From: Schmidtea polychroa
Taxonomy: Eukaryota
Length of the DNA stretch: 64,000 nt
Direction: 5' to 3'
NCBI GenBank assembly: GCA_044892525.1
Contig: CM097885.1
Location: 21,950,001-22,014,000, forward strand
Shown: piece after piece, positions 27,001 to 37,330 of the stretch
Numbering within the stretch: position 1 is the first letter of the stretch
Layout of the letters: every line of letters starts with the position of its first letter
Made by a program: the position numbers and the translations under genes
Notes under the pieces: model-generated
Database searches by the model: none
Seen by the model: the letters and a program-made list of their open reading frames with translations, nothing else
Told to the model about the DNA's origin: nothing

Positions 27001-30000
27001 TGTAGGTGCTTAGTAGTTGGTAATTAATGCTTAGTACCTGGTTGATGTTGGTTGTATGTACTTGGTATCTAGTACCTAGTTGGTTGGTTGTTTTTGATTG
27101 TTGGTACTTGGTATCAGGTAACTGGTTGTTAGTAACTAGTTGTAGGTTGATAAGGCTTAGTACCTGGTTGTTGACGGTTGTTAGTACGTGGTATCTAGTT
27201 GTAAGTACTTGGTAGCAGGTAATTGGTTGTTAGTAACTAGTTGTAAGTACTTGGTAGCAGGTAACTGGTTGTTAGTAACTAGTTGTAAGTACTTGGTAGG
27301 TGGTAGTAGGTACTTGGTTGATGTTTGTTGTAAGTACTTGGTATCTAGTACCTAGTTGGTTGTTTTTGGTTGTTAGTACTTAGTAGTTGGTTGTAGGTAC
27401 TTGGTAGGTGGTAGTTAGTTGTTAGCTAATTGTTGTGGGTTGTTAGTACTTGGTATCAGGTAACTGGTTGTTAGTAACTAGTTGTAGGTATCTGGTTGGT
27501 AATACATGTTCGTAAGTTACTGGTTGTTGGTACTTGGTATCAGGTAACTGGTTGTAGGTATCTGGTTGGTAATACATGTTCGTAAGTTACTGGTTGTTGG
27601 TACTAAGTTGTTGATTTGTTGTTGAATTATTATTAAAATTTGTCTTTGAAAAATATTTCTTAAAAATTTCCATTAAAAATTATCATTGAAAAATATTTCA
27701 TAAAAATTTCCATTAAAAATTACCATTGAAAAATATTTCATAAAATTTTCTATTAAAAATTACTTAAAAATATTCCATAAAAATTTTCATTAAAAATTAG
27801 CATTGAAAATTTTCATTAAAAAATTTCAATTCTCAAACACCTTCAACTTTTTGTAATTAAATTTTAAAATCTTACTTTAATTTACTTATTACATTACTTT
27901 AATTTACTTATTTAAAAATTATTACTTTAATTTACTTATTTAAAAATTATTACTTATTTAAAATTTTTTACCATTGATTACTTAATTTAAAATTTAGACC
28001 TTAATTAACTTTAATTTAATTTTTAGAACCATTATTTACTTTAATTTAAAAATTTGGACCATAATTTACTGTAATTTAATTTTTTAGAACCATTATTTAC
28101 TTTAATTGAAAAATTTGAGCCATAATTTATTTTAATTTTAATTTTTGGATCATTATTTACTTTAATTGAAAAATTTGGACCATAATTTACTTTAATTTAA
28201 ATTTTTGAGCCATTATTTACTGTAATTTAATTTTTTAGAACCATTATTTACTTTAATTGAAAAATTTGAGCCATAATTTACTGTAATTTAATTTTTAGGA
28301 CCATAATTTACTGTATTTGAAAAATTTGGACCATAATTTACTGTAATTTAATTTTTAGAACCATAATTTACTTTAATTTAAAAATTTGGACCATTATTTA
28401 CTTTAATTGAAAAATTTACCACGTTTTTTTTAGTGCAGACCACCTATTTCTCAGGACCAAGGAGACTGCCTCACTATAGTCTGAAAAATCCTTGGCTTTT
28501 TTAGTGTAGACCAGCTTTTTGTATTGAAAATATCCTGAGACCTTAAATTACCATGCTTTTTTAGTGTAGACCACCTATTTCTCAGGACCAAGGAGACTCA
28601 CCTGACTATAGTCTGAAAAATCCTTGGCTTTTTTAGTGGTAGTCGGATTTTTGTATTGAAAATATCCTGAGACCTTAAATTACCATGCTTTTTATTGAAG
28701 ACCGCCTATTTCTCAGGACCAAGGAGACTCGCCTCACTATAGTCTGAAAAATCCTTGGCTTTTTTAGTGTAGACCAGCTTTTTGTATTGAAAATATCCTG
28801 AGACCTTAAATTACCATGCTTTTTTAGTGTAGACCACCTATTTCTCAGGACCAAGGAGACTCACCTGACTATAGTCTGAAAAATCCTTGGCTTTTTTAGT
28901 GGTAGTCGGATTTTTGTATAGAAAAAAATTTTTTGTATTGAAAATCCCAGGACCATCGAGACCCCCTCACTATAGTGTGAAAATTCCATGCTTTTTTATT
29001 GATAGTAGGATTTTTGTATAGAAAAAAATTTTTTGTATTGAAAATCCCAGGACCATCGAGACCCCCTCACTATAGTGTGAAAATTCCATGCTTTTTTAGT
29101 GGTAGTCGGATTTTTGTATAGAAAAATTTTTTTTGTATTGAAAATCCCAGGACCATCGTTTTTGTATAGAAAAAAATTTTTTTTATTGAAAATCCTAGGA
29201 CCATCGAGACCCCCTCACTATAGTCTGAAAAATTGCGTAATCAAAAGTTGCAACAAAAAAAAAGTTGCAACAACCCCCCCCCCCCCCCGGGGGGGTTATT
29301 GTTGCAGTGGGCTACTATCTACCTACTTACGCGATTCATTTTTAACTATTAAGAAATTATTAACATTAGTATTATCTCTTCTCTCTCTAAGCAATGGCAC
29401 TACTAGCTTGTAAACTCCTTTATCATAGTAACAAAGTTTATCCCCTCTTATCTCGAATTTTTTTCCAGTGGCCTTATTAAACGAAAGTTACGAATTTTAT
29501 CCTCGATTCTGGTTCATTGGTTATTCTTTTTTAATCGTATATTTCATAATTTTTTGAATATCAAAATTATAATTTTTGTCCACCGTCGTTATCCAAATCT
29601 CTTATTCTATAGACAAAGCTAAAATTAAATCAGATACTTGACATTAAATAGACGTTTATGGTAGAAATATAAAAAATCACTGAGAGCAGAAAAATAAATT
29701 GCAACACACAAGCACGTTTTACAAAATTTCTATAATACACCCGTTTGCAGTGAACAAACGCAAATGTAAAAATAAAATCAATACGTGTAAATTATACAAA
29801 CATACAAACTTACCTGTGTGTTGATTTTTAGCGTTGCAATGAACAAACGCTTTTAATATAGAAAGTGAGAAAGTGGTGGAAAAAATAAACTGACACCCAC
29901 AAACGCAATACATAGTAAAAAATGCATGCAAATTTTCGATATGTAGAATCGTTATAATGAAAAAACGCACCATAATAAATTAATTACAGACATTTTTAGA

Positions 30001-33000
30001 AAAAAATGACCGATAAAATTTTGACGAAAATTCCGAAAACTCAACTTTGAGTTATAGAGATAATAAAGAGATTATTTCGTAAGGTTTATCTTCAATTTTT
30101 AATAAATTTAATATTAGTTTTTTTAATAGAACATGACAAAATTCGACTAATTACTTTATATTTTTATATTTAAAAATATATCTGACTTACATTTTATCGA
30201 AATAATTCCAAATAACTTCATAAAAATCCTAAAAAACCTTGAAATTTAATTATAATTTATTATAAAATTGTTGATAAAAAGTAATATTTAAGAGCTTGAA
30301 TAACGATCTATATGGATCGAAATTCATGTCTTAAAATTTACTTTAAATAAAAAAAATTACTTAAAAGCCATTTCTAAAATGGCTAAAATAGTTAATCATA
30401 AATTAACTATTTCATCAGAAATACATAATGCTTATAAACTGGAATACATTCCATCACAAATAATGACGCATCTATAATTGGTTGTACGCAACAACCCATA
30501 TTATAGATGCATTTATTCAGTGCAAACGGGTGTTTCTTGTAAAAACATCCCCAATTGAACATTAAATAAGTGTGTTGACATTTAATTAGTTCCAAAATTA
30601 AAATTATTAATGCTATAAAAACTTATTTCACATAACTAAAACAAAGCGTGTTTATGTAAAAAATTTAGTTATAATTTGGTTTAAAACAAGTGAAATAATT
30701 ATAATGAAAAAGTCATTAGACCTGATTAGAGGTAATAAAACTAATATAAAAAAGTCAGTTGAAAAAGGGTGTGGCGAAAATTCGTGAATATCATAAAAAC
30801 ATCGATATCTTTACTGATTCATAGTCGATTGAAAAGAAACCGGAAATGAAATTATGTCAATCGCGTAATTAAATAAAATCAAATTTGCAAAAATATGTTT
30901 ATTAAATTAAAAATATAAAAGTTATTCATGAAGTTGTTTAATTCTTTTAATCCTGTAAGGATATATTGTCCCAGTGAAGTTCTGATATATACTAAAATTA
31001 TATTAAATGCTTACAAATGTATTGGGATTTTGAATTTCATTACTGTACAATCATTGGTCAGTAGAAAAGTCTATTCCTGCATAATTTTTACATCATACTT
31101 AGTTGACGATAAATTTTAGGTGAAATAAAATTTCTATGAATTAAACTAAAATCTTATTGAAAGGGTTAAAAGGTTAATTAATTACTTAAATTAATTACAT
31201 AAAATAAATTAAAAAATATGTTTAATGTCTTAAAAACATTTAAATGAACTAATATTATTTTCACTACACCATTATTACGTAACATGTGCGTATTGAATAA
31301 ATAAATATTACTTACAAACTCAGTAGTAACCTAAAAATAAAAAATTAATGTGTAGAAATTTATCGAGATATATTTGTTAATAAATAGGGTGATTTAATAT
31401 TATAATTAAGTTTTAAATTCGTTTTAGTAATTTCCCTATCAACTAAAATTTCGATTTGAATTTTTTTATTATTATACAAATATTTCTTTTTTAATATTTG
31501 AAAAGGGATTTTATTCAAAAATATTCTAGTGATGTTCAATTAAGGCAATGATAAATATTTGGATTAAAATGTAGAATTTCATTGTAGCTATAAATCTCAA
31601 AATGTTTGAAAAAATATATTCGTCACATGGTAGCTCTCTAGTTTTGGATCTTTTAATTTTTAAATTTAAATTAACAAAATGTATTTACAAAAGAATTTTT
31701 TTAATTTTTAAGCGCAATTATTTCCTTGATTTTTTAACACTAGAACTACTAACATTTTATGTGAATCTAGTTGTATCAATCCGTCAATTTGACGGATGTA
31801 TGAAAAATAGAAATAATAAAAAAAATTGTATATAATTTATGTGGCACATTTCTTACAAATTGATATGTTTTTGTTGTGCACTTCCCATACATATATTTCT
31901 TGCATTTAAAACAGATGGAATTTATTTTGTTTTTATTCCAGAATCCAATTAAACAGGATTTTCGCTGCATATTTTCTTTAGAATTTTCCGGAGTTGAATA
32001 AATGGTCTCTGTATTCTAATTTTCTGGCTGAGTAGATTTCGATCTTTTACTATATGCAAATTCATTAGATAATTTATACAAAAATTGTTTTCTAGTTATA
32101 TTTTCGTCAGTAGTATCTTTATATAATATCCATGCATTGATTCCTGCTAAATTCAAAATATTATAGAAAATCTCCAATGGACATCTACGAAAACTTGGTT
32201 TTACACTCTACTTGCGAGGGTAGCATTTTAATTTTTTATTTCACTTTATAATAGGATTTTTCCACACTTTTTTGTTATAAAAAACTGTTACCTTTTCAAA
32301 ATATGAAATTTCTGTAATAAATATCATTATCCAACTAAAAATCATCAGCTTAATAGCGTAAAAAAAGCGTAAATAGTCAAAATAAAATTCTAAAAATTGC
32401 CGCGTAAATAAGAGGTTTTGCGTTTTCATTCAAATAAATGAAATTTCGGCTCATATGTCTAAGTATAAAAACAAAATTATTAGTTCCGTCTTTTTGATGG
32501 GTTGATAGATAAAGGTACATGTCAGATTGTTCCTTAATATTAAAGGGTTGATAAACAAGAGGAAAGTTAATTTGTGAGTACATTTGTGTCATATTAAAAG
32601 TCATCATAAATTTTCAAAACAATATTTACACAACAATAATAAAATTTATGCCTAAATATACCAATCCGTCAAAATGTAGTGTTAAATGAAAACTCGCCTC
32701 CATAGCAATTATATAAATTATTTTTTAACGAAATTTGATATTATTGAGATGGTGCCAAATATTCCTCGCACGGATAAAGACCACGAGCTGGACCTGCATA
32801 TATATATATATATTTCATTTTGGAAGATATGTTTCACTTTCTGTTATCACATACTCAATAAAATTTATAAATTTTGAATTTATTTACCTTGCAAATAAGT
32901 AGTCGAAACTATGAAAGGAAATGAAAATGAAAAGAAATTGGAACATGGTAATTACCAGGTTTAAAGAGATATGAACACTGTTCGTAGCAAAATAGATTCA

Positions 33001-34636
33001 TGTCTTCTCAAGTTGGGCTCGCTAATCTTAGATTTCAGTATCGCAATAGTTACATTTAAGAAACATTATGTTATTATTGGACAAGTGTAAATAAATGTCA
33101 TAGGCCATATGATTAGTAACGTATACATTATATTAAGACAATACTCGAACGGACAATCCAATTCATAAGCATTTAATTATCCTAATAAAAAATTCTGTCT
33201 ATTAAAGGTGGTTAAAATAGCATAATTTTTGATTCGCCCATAAAGTTTTGAGTCGAGGATATTTCCCCTTTGGACATTTCGAAGGTTTATAATAAACCTT
33301 CAAAGCGTTAAAAACCTCAGAATTTTTCAAACCTTATAATATGTATATCAAACAAAAGGTATTTTCCCTTTTTATGGGTACTGCTCACGGGGGTACTGGT
33401 CACACTCAACAGCTCAAAATATTATTATTATTAATATTATTATATTTTTTCAAGGTCATTGATGACTCATTCAAGGTCAAATATATAGACAGCCTGGAGT
33501 TCCTGTGTTGTATTGCCCACAACCTTCATCTTTGAAGTAGTAAAATCTGATTAACATTTATTTTTAGTCTGTTATTTTAAATTTTATATTTTGTATTCTG
33601 CTGAATAAATTTTTGTGTCGAATGACAAAGGGGAGGGGGAGAATTTCCAGGTGAAATATCCAGTGGGGGAATGACAGGGGGAAATATCCTGTTCCCAAAG
33701 TTTTATATTTTTATTTTCAATATCATTTTTTATTTGTTCGCAGATTATACTGATATGGCTTTGTAAAAACAAAATTTTGATTCAGATTTCATATTGATAA
33801 ATAATTGCAAAATTATACATCCTATTTGTATTTCACTATTTATTTACAGTTAGAAAGTTTATATTTTTGTTTTTTTATCATTGCAAATGACGTAACCCAA
33901 GAGATGTGATGGGTTCGACGGTTTCGCCTTTATATAAAGCCGTATCGGGACAAATTGTATGCTGAGTACTGTACAAAATAAAATGAATAAAATTGGACTT
34001 TGTAAAATAACAACTTTCATTCATAAAATACAATTAAAATAATTTTATTTGTAAAGCTCTATTTGGCATCTCGGCAGACGTTTGATTTGGTTATAATATA
34101 TTTCCCAGAATTTTAATTTTTTTTCTTTATCAATTATCTCTATTGAAAACTCGTATTTCATTTGAAATTAGTTTAAAGGAGGAAATTATTGAAAAAATAA
34201 CAAAAATAATAGATTGAAATTTCCTTCATTTCGATAATTATTTGACGCGTGAACCTTGCGAGTTTCACTTGTTGTTATCACCGCCTCTCAATAACATTTA
34301 TTATTTTTGAATAATTATATTTAGTCCTACAAAAAGGAGCTCAGTAATGAACAGGTAAGGTGTCGAAGCTTGGAAAAGCAATTAGAAAGAAAAGATCATG
34401 AAATAAAAAAGCAAATAAATTTTGTTAAATTGGAATATGAAACTAAATTGTCCAAATTAATGCCAGTAGAAGTTCAGAATGATTATGAAGAAACTATTCA
34501 GTCTCTGAGAACTCAAATATCGTTTTTGCAACAGAAGATTGGAATACTTGAAGACGAAGTAACATCGACAAACATGTTCAAAACTTATCAGACCAATGGT
34601 TTTTCCAAGCATAAATGTGACCAATTATTTGAATAG
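4633..34636 (+). CDS. CEP112: Centrosomal protein CEP112/CCDC46-like coiled-coil protein, 5'-partial. Exons 4633-4872, 8158-8331, 8416-8570, 9758-9920, 10724-10933, 10984-11163, 11853-12014, 14935-15240, 17947-18009, 19063-19212, 34325-34636
   Basis: All internal junctions are GT-AG and splice in frame to ~704 codons of heptad-rich sequence. The last exon (EYETKLSKLMPVEVQNDYEETIQSLRTQISFLQQKIGILEDEV) matches the vertebrate CEP112 C-terminus as recalled (EYETKLKGLMPASLRQELEDTISSLKSQVNFLQKR). AATAAA at 34732. Confidence 0.85.
5016..5260. mobile_element. hAT-type MITE
   Basis: Imperfect TIRs CAGGGACGGGCAAC / GTTTGCCACCATG, flanked by a perfect 8-bp TSD ATTTTGGA (5008-5015, 5261-5268). Confidence 0.8.
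5580..6686 (+). CDS. Intronless 368-aa uncharacterised protein with predicted signal peptide, nested in a CEP112 intron
   Basis: 1.1-kb uninterrupted ORF in very AT-rich DNA. Hydrophobic N-terminus MIPGIKCLLLIFLYFINSEA, TATA-like run at ~5537, AATAAA at ~6769. Confidence 0.75.
   Translation: MIPGIKCLLLIFLYFINSEAVKDFNKLNLVRVNISDFVYKKLMISKDNILSATPLALLDVKLLKKYHCYKNIRSNLWSLPIPVIFWSDWYMDRITESVKKGNLLRNFTGDKVSILPPSGIVAFRITWRRSYIENLDYTNISLDTSWQDMQTDYVLPMRHNFVMEFNDYTDGKKLCVDTKNKLLNDSMQISEMTIDFQKIVGRRRNIPDIQIKISDVRSVKMYNESDCKTKSEDKCFVSKEFAEKWSYDVSTRMMENVDIIHLNLQKDIFDAVFEYLCKNRMSIFDIELKTVRRLSKGIDNEMACKIPNKLYIIKPKPCLPKYDRYGYLRVCPHEILDYGSDVISKLNPYHSYSEKSQFSIPIVKLDNL
8158..8570 (+). CDS. CEP112: CEP112-like exons 8158-8331 and 8416-8570 (84-nt intron)
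   Basis: catag|ATT...AAG|gtaaag and ttacag|AAC...AG|gtaata; coiled-coil translation. Confidence 0.8.
9758..9920 (+). CDS. CEP112: CEP112-like exon
   Basis: tttag|ATAT...CAG|gttttt; completes the phase-2 codon AGA; YQFIDSQHNRLMMSHEKDIISVKETLE. Confidence 0.8.
10248..10392. repeat. (ATAAT)n pentanucleotide microsatellite
   Basis: Tandem ATATA/ATAAT run read directly. Confidence 0.9.
10724..11163 (+). CDS. CEP112: CEP112-like exons 10724-10933 and 10984-11163 (50-nt intron)
   Basis: GT-AG junctions in phase 0; overlap the ORF-track entries at 10793 and 11011. Confidence 0.85.
11853..12014 (+). CDS. CEP112: CEP112-like exon
   Basis: tctag|GTAATA...TCAAAA|gttaga; 54 open codons of coiled coil. 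Confidence 0.8.
12372..12564. mobile_element. piggyBac-type MITE
   Basis: Perfect 13-bp TIR CCCTTTGCGGTCC / GGACCGCAAAGGG with TTAA on both sides. Confidence 0.9.
12590..12883. mobile_element. Probable hAT (Charlie-like) MITE
   Basis: Imperfect TIRs CAGGTATGCACAAAG / CTTTGGGCACCTCTG; left flank CTCTAGAC; TSD only 5/8 conserved. Confidence 0.5.
13147..13520 (+). repeat. Interspersed repeat, also at ~29705-30400; related to the TA-TSD MITE at 55936-56802
   Basis: Shared sequence (e.g. GTGAGAAAGTGG, TTTTAGCGTTGCAATGAA). ORF-track entries 13165 and 29719 are homologous. Confidence 0.7.
14628..14765 (-). repeat. ~150-bp interspersed repeat (copies or fragments at ~2630, 7500, 18230-18380, 18830-18910, 30765-30840, 44710-44830)
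   Basis: Recurring GCCGAAAATTCGTGAATATC..AACATCGATAT..TTACTGATT..GTGAAATTTGAAAAAAGTTCTTATAAT motif in both orientations. Confidence 0.7.
14935..15240 (+). CDS. CEP112: CEP112-like exon
   Basis: tctag|GAAATC...TCGAAG|gtaata; 102 codons. Confidence 0.85.
15741..16450 (+). mobile_element. Degraded copy of the Tc1/mariner-type MITE at 55936-56802
   Basis: Colinear similarity (ATTATAGAAACATACATACTTACT, AAAGTAATATTTAAGAACTTGAATAAT, ATCTATATGGATCAAAAT). Confidence 0.75.
17947..18009 (+). CDS. CEP112: CEP112-like exon (63 nt)
   Basis: tttag|ACAAAT...TTTAAA|gtaagt; TNNKLKEIENEYGERSMQSFK. Confidence 0.85.
19063..19212 (+). CDS. CEP112: CEP112-like penultimate exon
   Basis: tttag|CTTATT...CTAGAA|gtatat; LISELKVTAEKLKEEK. 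Confidence 0.85.
20017..20995 (+). repeat. ~132-bp tandem repeat forming a ~263-bp dimer (left arm)
   Basis: CAGACTATAG units at 20021, 20153, 20285, 20417, 20548, 20680, 20811 and 20943 alternate TCAGG/TGAGG variants. Four inverted units at ~28435-28900. Confidence 0.95.
21005..21745 (+). repeat. ~30-bp AT-rich minisatellites (AAATTAAAGTAAATTATGGTCC-type, then AATTTTTAATGGAAA-type)
   Basis: Tandem units read directly; inverted copy at ~27630-28425. Confidence 0.9.
21755..23590 (+). repeat. Shuffled, strand-asymmetric A/C-rich repeat (ACCAAGTACTAACAAC / CTACAACTAG words)
   Basis: Low complexity, very G-poor on the + strand; inverted copy at 26386-27625. Confidence 0.9.
31738..32681 (-). mobile_element. 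Internally deleted piggyBac element
   Basis: TTAA|CACTAG...TAGTG|TTAA ends and AATCCGTCAA subterminal repeats. Minus strand encodes RRCPLEIFYNILNLAGINAWILYK..RKQFLYKL and a Cys-rich tail (ICFKCKKYMYGKC). Confidence 0.8.
33255..33541 (+). repeat. Fragment related to the element at 57885-64000
   Basis: TTTTTCAAACCTTATAATATGTATATCAAACAAAAGGT is similar to 60420-60460; also contains TCAAGGTCA and GATGACTCAT. Confidence 0.65.
34325..34636 (+). CDS. CEP112: CEP112-like terminal exon
   Basis: tttag|TCCTAC... to TAG; conserved C-terminal motif KLMP....YEETIQSLRTQISFLQ. Confidence 0.9.
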   Translation, partial: SYKKELSNEQVRCRSLEKQLERKDHEIKKQINFVKLEYETKLSKLMPVEVQNDYEETIQSLRTQISFLQQKIGILEDEVTSTNMFKTYQTNGFSKHKCDQLFE

Positions 34637-35016
34637 TATTGTAACTGATTGTGATTTCTTGGGATAATTATTATATAATCAATGAGTTTGATATCGTCGT
34701 CTGACATCATGATTTATTTCATTGTAATTAAAATAAAAAATTATGTCCTTTTCATGAAAATATCCAATAAAAGTCCCATCAAACTTGAATAATGAAGCAA
34801 GCTCTGGCCAGCATCACGAAAGGAGAAAATATTTACATAATTGAAAAATGGCAAATAACAAAGTATAAGTGCATTTGCAAAAGGTTTGAGATTTGTATTT
34901 TGCATCCATATTTCAAAAACAAAACAAAACTATATTTTTAAAAACGACACAAAATCTCTCTTATTTAAACAATTTCTGTTTTTAGTTTTGAGGATATTTT
35001 CGCAAGCATGAGTTAA

Positions 35017-35248
35017 CCCTTAAATGCATGATTTTTCCTTTTTTAATACTATAAATTGACACAGATAAATAATTAAGCATAGATAAAGGGAAAAATAAAG
35101 AAAAAAATATTATTTTCCAAAAAGTATATTTTTATAAAAAAATCTTACTGATGTAGATCTACAAAAAATACTGTGTTTGAGTTACCGTTTAGAAATTATT
35201 TAAGGACAAATACACTGATGTATAAATACATCATCATGCATTTAAGGG
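35017..35248. mobile_element. piggyBac-type MITE
   Basis: Perfect 15-bp TIR CCCTTAAATGCATGA with TTAA on both sides. Confidence 0.9.
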
Positions 35249-35444
35249 TTAATAATTGAATGGGGAATATTCGTACGCAAGCATTCAATAAATATTTTAT
35301 ATTTTAATTTTCAATCATTCTTAAATATATTTAATTTATTATTTTAATTTATAATTTTATTATCTACTTTTATTATATTATTTAAATTTATTCAAAACTG
35401 GAAATTAAATACTAATTCTATTTAATTACTTTAACAATTATGAT

Positions 35445-35729
35445 TAGGGTAACCACCCGGAAAGAAACCTGGAGAATTTGAAAAAAACGGATAATTTATT
35501 TTCACTAATTTTAGTCTCATTTTATTCAAGATTTTAATTGGATAAAGAATTTATTAAAATAAAATAATTTATTAAATTTAAACGCATATTTTTGGCATTT
35601 TTAATGAAATCTGACTGAGCATGAATGTGTAATTTCAAATTTATGAATTAAAATATTTTAAATCACTTAACGAACTAATATAAAAAACCAGCAAAATGGC
35701 TTCACCCAACGGGAGATTTGGGCACCCTA
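35445..35729. mobile_element. hAT-type MITE
   Basis: TAGGGTAACC...GGCACCCTA ends; 8-bp TSD ATTATGAT/ATCATGAT (7/8). Confidence 0.7.
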
Positions 35730-36384
35730 ATCATGATCATTATTGCAATTACCATTGATACGGTTTGTTATGTTTAATTTCTTGGGACTTCTTATTCTCA
35801 GTTAAGAAACTAATCGAAAATTAAATTTAAAAAGAAACCGTTATGTAAAAAATAAATGAGTAAAGTTATAACAAAAAAGAAAAAATTAAAATTATATTTA
35901 AAAACAAATTGACTGATAATGACTGCAAATATCAGTTGTCGTAAATTATGTCTGTGAGGTGTTTTCAGCTGAGAGTTAAATATTTCAATGGTTTATCAAA
36001 ATAATTTTAAATTGTAAATAATTGACTATTAAAATAACTTTAAATAATTTTTAAATTTGATTTTTTATGTTGAAATTTTTAAATTAAAAATTAAAATAGC
36101 TTTTTAAAAAAGAAGTTTTATTAATAAAAAATTTTAAATAAATATGTTTTAAATATGGAAATATTTTGATAAATGGTTTTGAAAATATTTTATTCAACGC
36201 GGAAAATTTGTTTGGAAATTATACAATATTTCATTAAATAAATATTTGAAATTATGTCTTTAACTTTTGAACCGGATTTAAAAAACAATTTAGAAGATGT
36301 TTTAGCAGTTTCTAATTATGTCAGTTTGTATTTTAAAAGGTTTTTGATTTTGTAATGATAATAATAATAATTTGATTGAAAATA

Positions 36385-36575
36385 CCGTATCTACTCGTGT
36401 ATAAGTCCTAAATTGGAAACCCGCGTATAAGTCCAAGTAACAAAAATAAAAAAAAGGTTTAATGATTTCATTAAAAATTAATTTGTAAGTTTTTTGACCT
36501 GCGTATAAGTCGAAGTGGCTATTTTGACTTGAAAATTTGATGTATTTTTCTCGACTTATACGCGATTATATACGG
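36385..36575. mobile_element. pogo/Tigger-type MITE
   Basis: TA|CCGTATCTACTCGTGTATAAGTC ... GACTTATACGCGATTATATACGG|TA, with internal GCGTATAAGTC repeats. Confidence 0.8.
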
Positions 36576-37129
36576 TAAGTTATTGTATTTATTATGAATT
36601 TCAGGTTCTTGATGATTTATATTTAAAAAAATAAAATTTATCAAATTTAAATATAGATTTTTACAGCTACCAAAATATTTTTGTTCTCCACTAATAATTT
36701 CTGGAAATTTTTGTATGATATTATAGTAATTTCCTCATCGTTCTGTGACTTCGATCAACCTTTTGATCAATTTATGAATATCTAAAACATTGAATTTTAA
36801 ATTTAATATTTCACTTCAATAATATTTCTTTCAATACTTTTCTAGATTTTCCATATCTTTTAGACAATCCAAATTTCCAAATTTCTAAAAAGGTTTTTAA
36901 ATTAGAAAATTTTTAAATAAATTATAATTTGCAGTTCTCTTAACTTCTCTTTACTCCCCTTCTACTCATTGAAAAGTGGAATGTGATAACGCTCTGAAAA
37001 TATCCTCAAATTGCATATTTTTATAATTAGAAATTCCCTAAATTAAAATTATTGCTGCTCATAATTTTTACCCCATTGTGTAAATTTTTTATTATGTGGT
37101 TGTAATGTGTAGTGTATGTGTGTTTGTAT

Positions 37130-37330
37130 TTTATTTTTCTCACCAAAATCTTTTTTGTTTTCTTAAGTGTTATTGTGATGTTTGTGAGTAACATTCGTAA
37201 GTCTTCACGAAGACTAATTACCATTCGGTTTCGGTGTTTTTTGAAGAGGTTCGTAACAACACTGAATTCTCGTCCTACTGAATAGAATAGCAGGAAGCCA
37301 ATTAACCGTTTCTGTACAGTCGTCTATAAT
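37130..37330 (-). mobile_element. hAT (Buster/Charlie-like) transposase C-terminal remnant
   Basis: Frameshifted minus-strand reading ..REFSVVTNL..NRMVISLREDLRMLLTNI resembles the ERGFS..TNL..KRNRL...DLRL.LTNI ending. Confidence 0.5.

Larger units (their letters stand above)
19576..29327. mobile_element. Non-autonomous Polinton/Maverick-like foldback element (9752 bp) with multi-kb TIRs
   Basis: Termini AGTAGGTAGATAGTAGC...GCTACTATCTACCTACT; perfect 6-bp TSD TACGCG (19570-19575, 29328-29333). Left arm 19576-~23195 is an inverted copy of right arm ~26386-29327. No long ORF. Confidence 0.85.

Noticed and set aside
19430..29413. ORFs at 19430, 19546, 20045, 22135, 22317, 27027 and 29099
   Set aside because: Translations of tandem repeats. 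The identical pairs on opposite strands simply reflect the inverted arms.
36600..37010. Exon-like segments on the minus strand
   Set aside because: I could not build a stop-free spliced frame.
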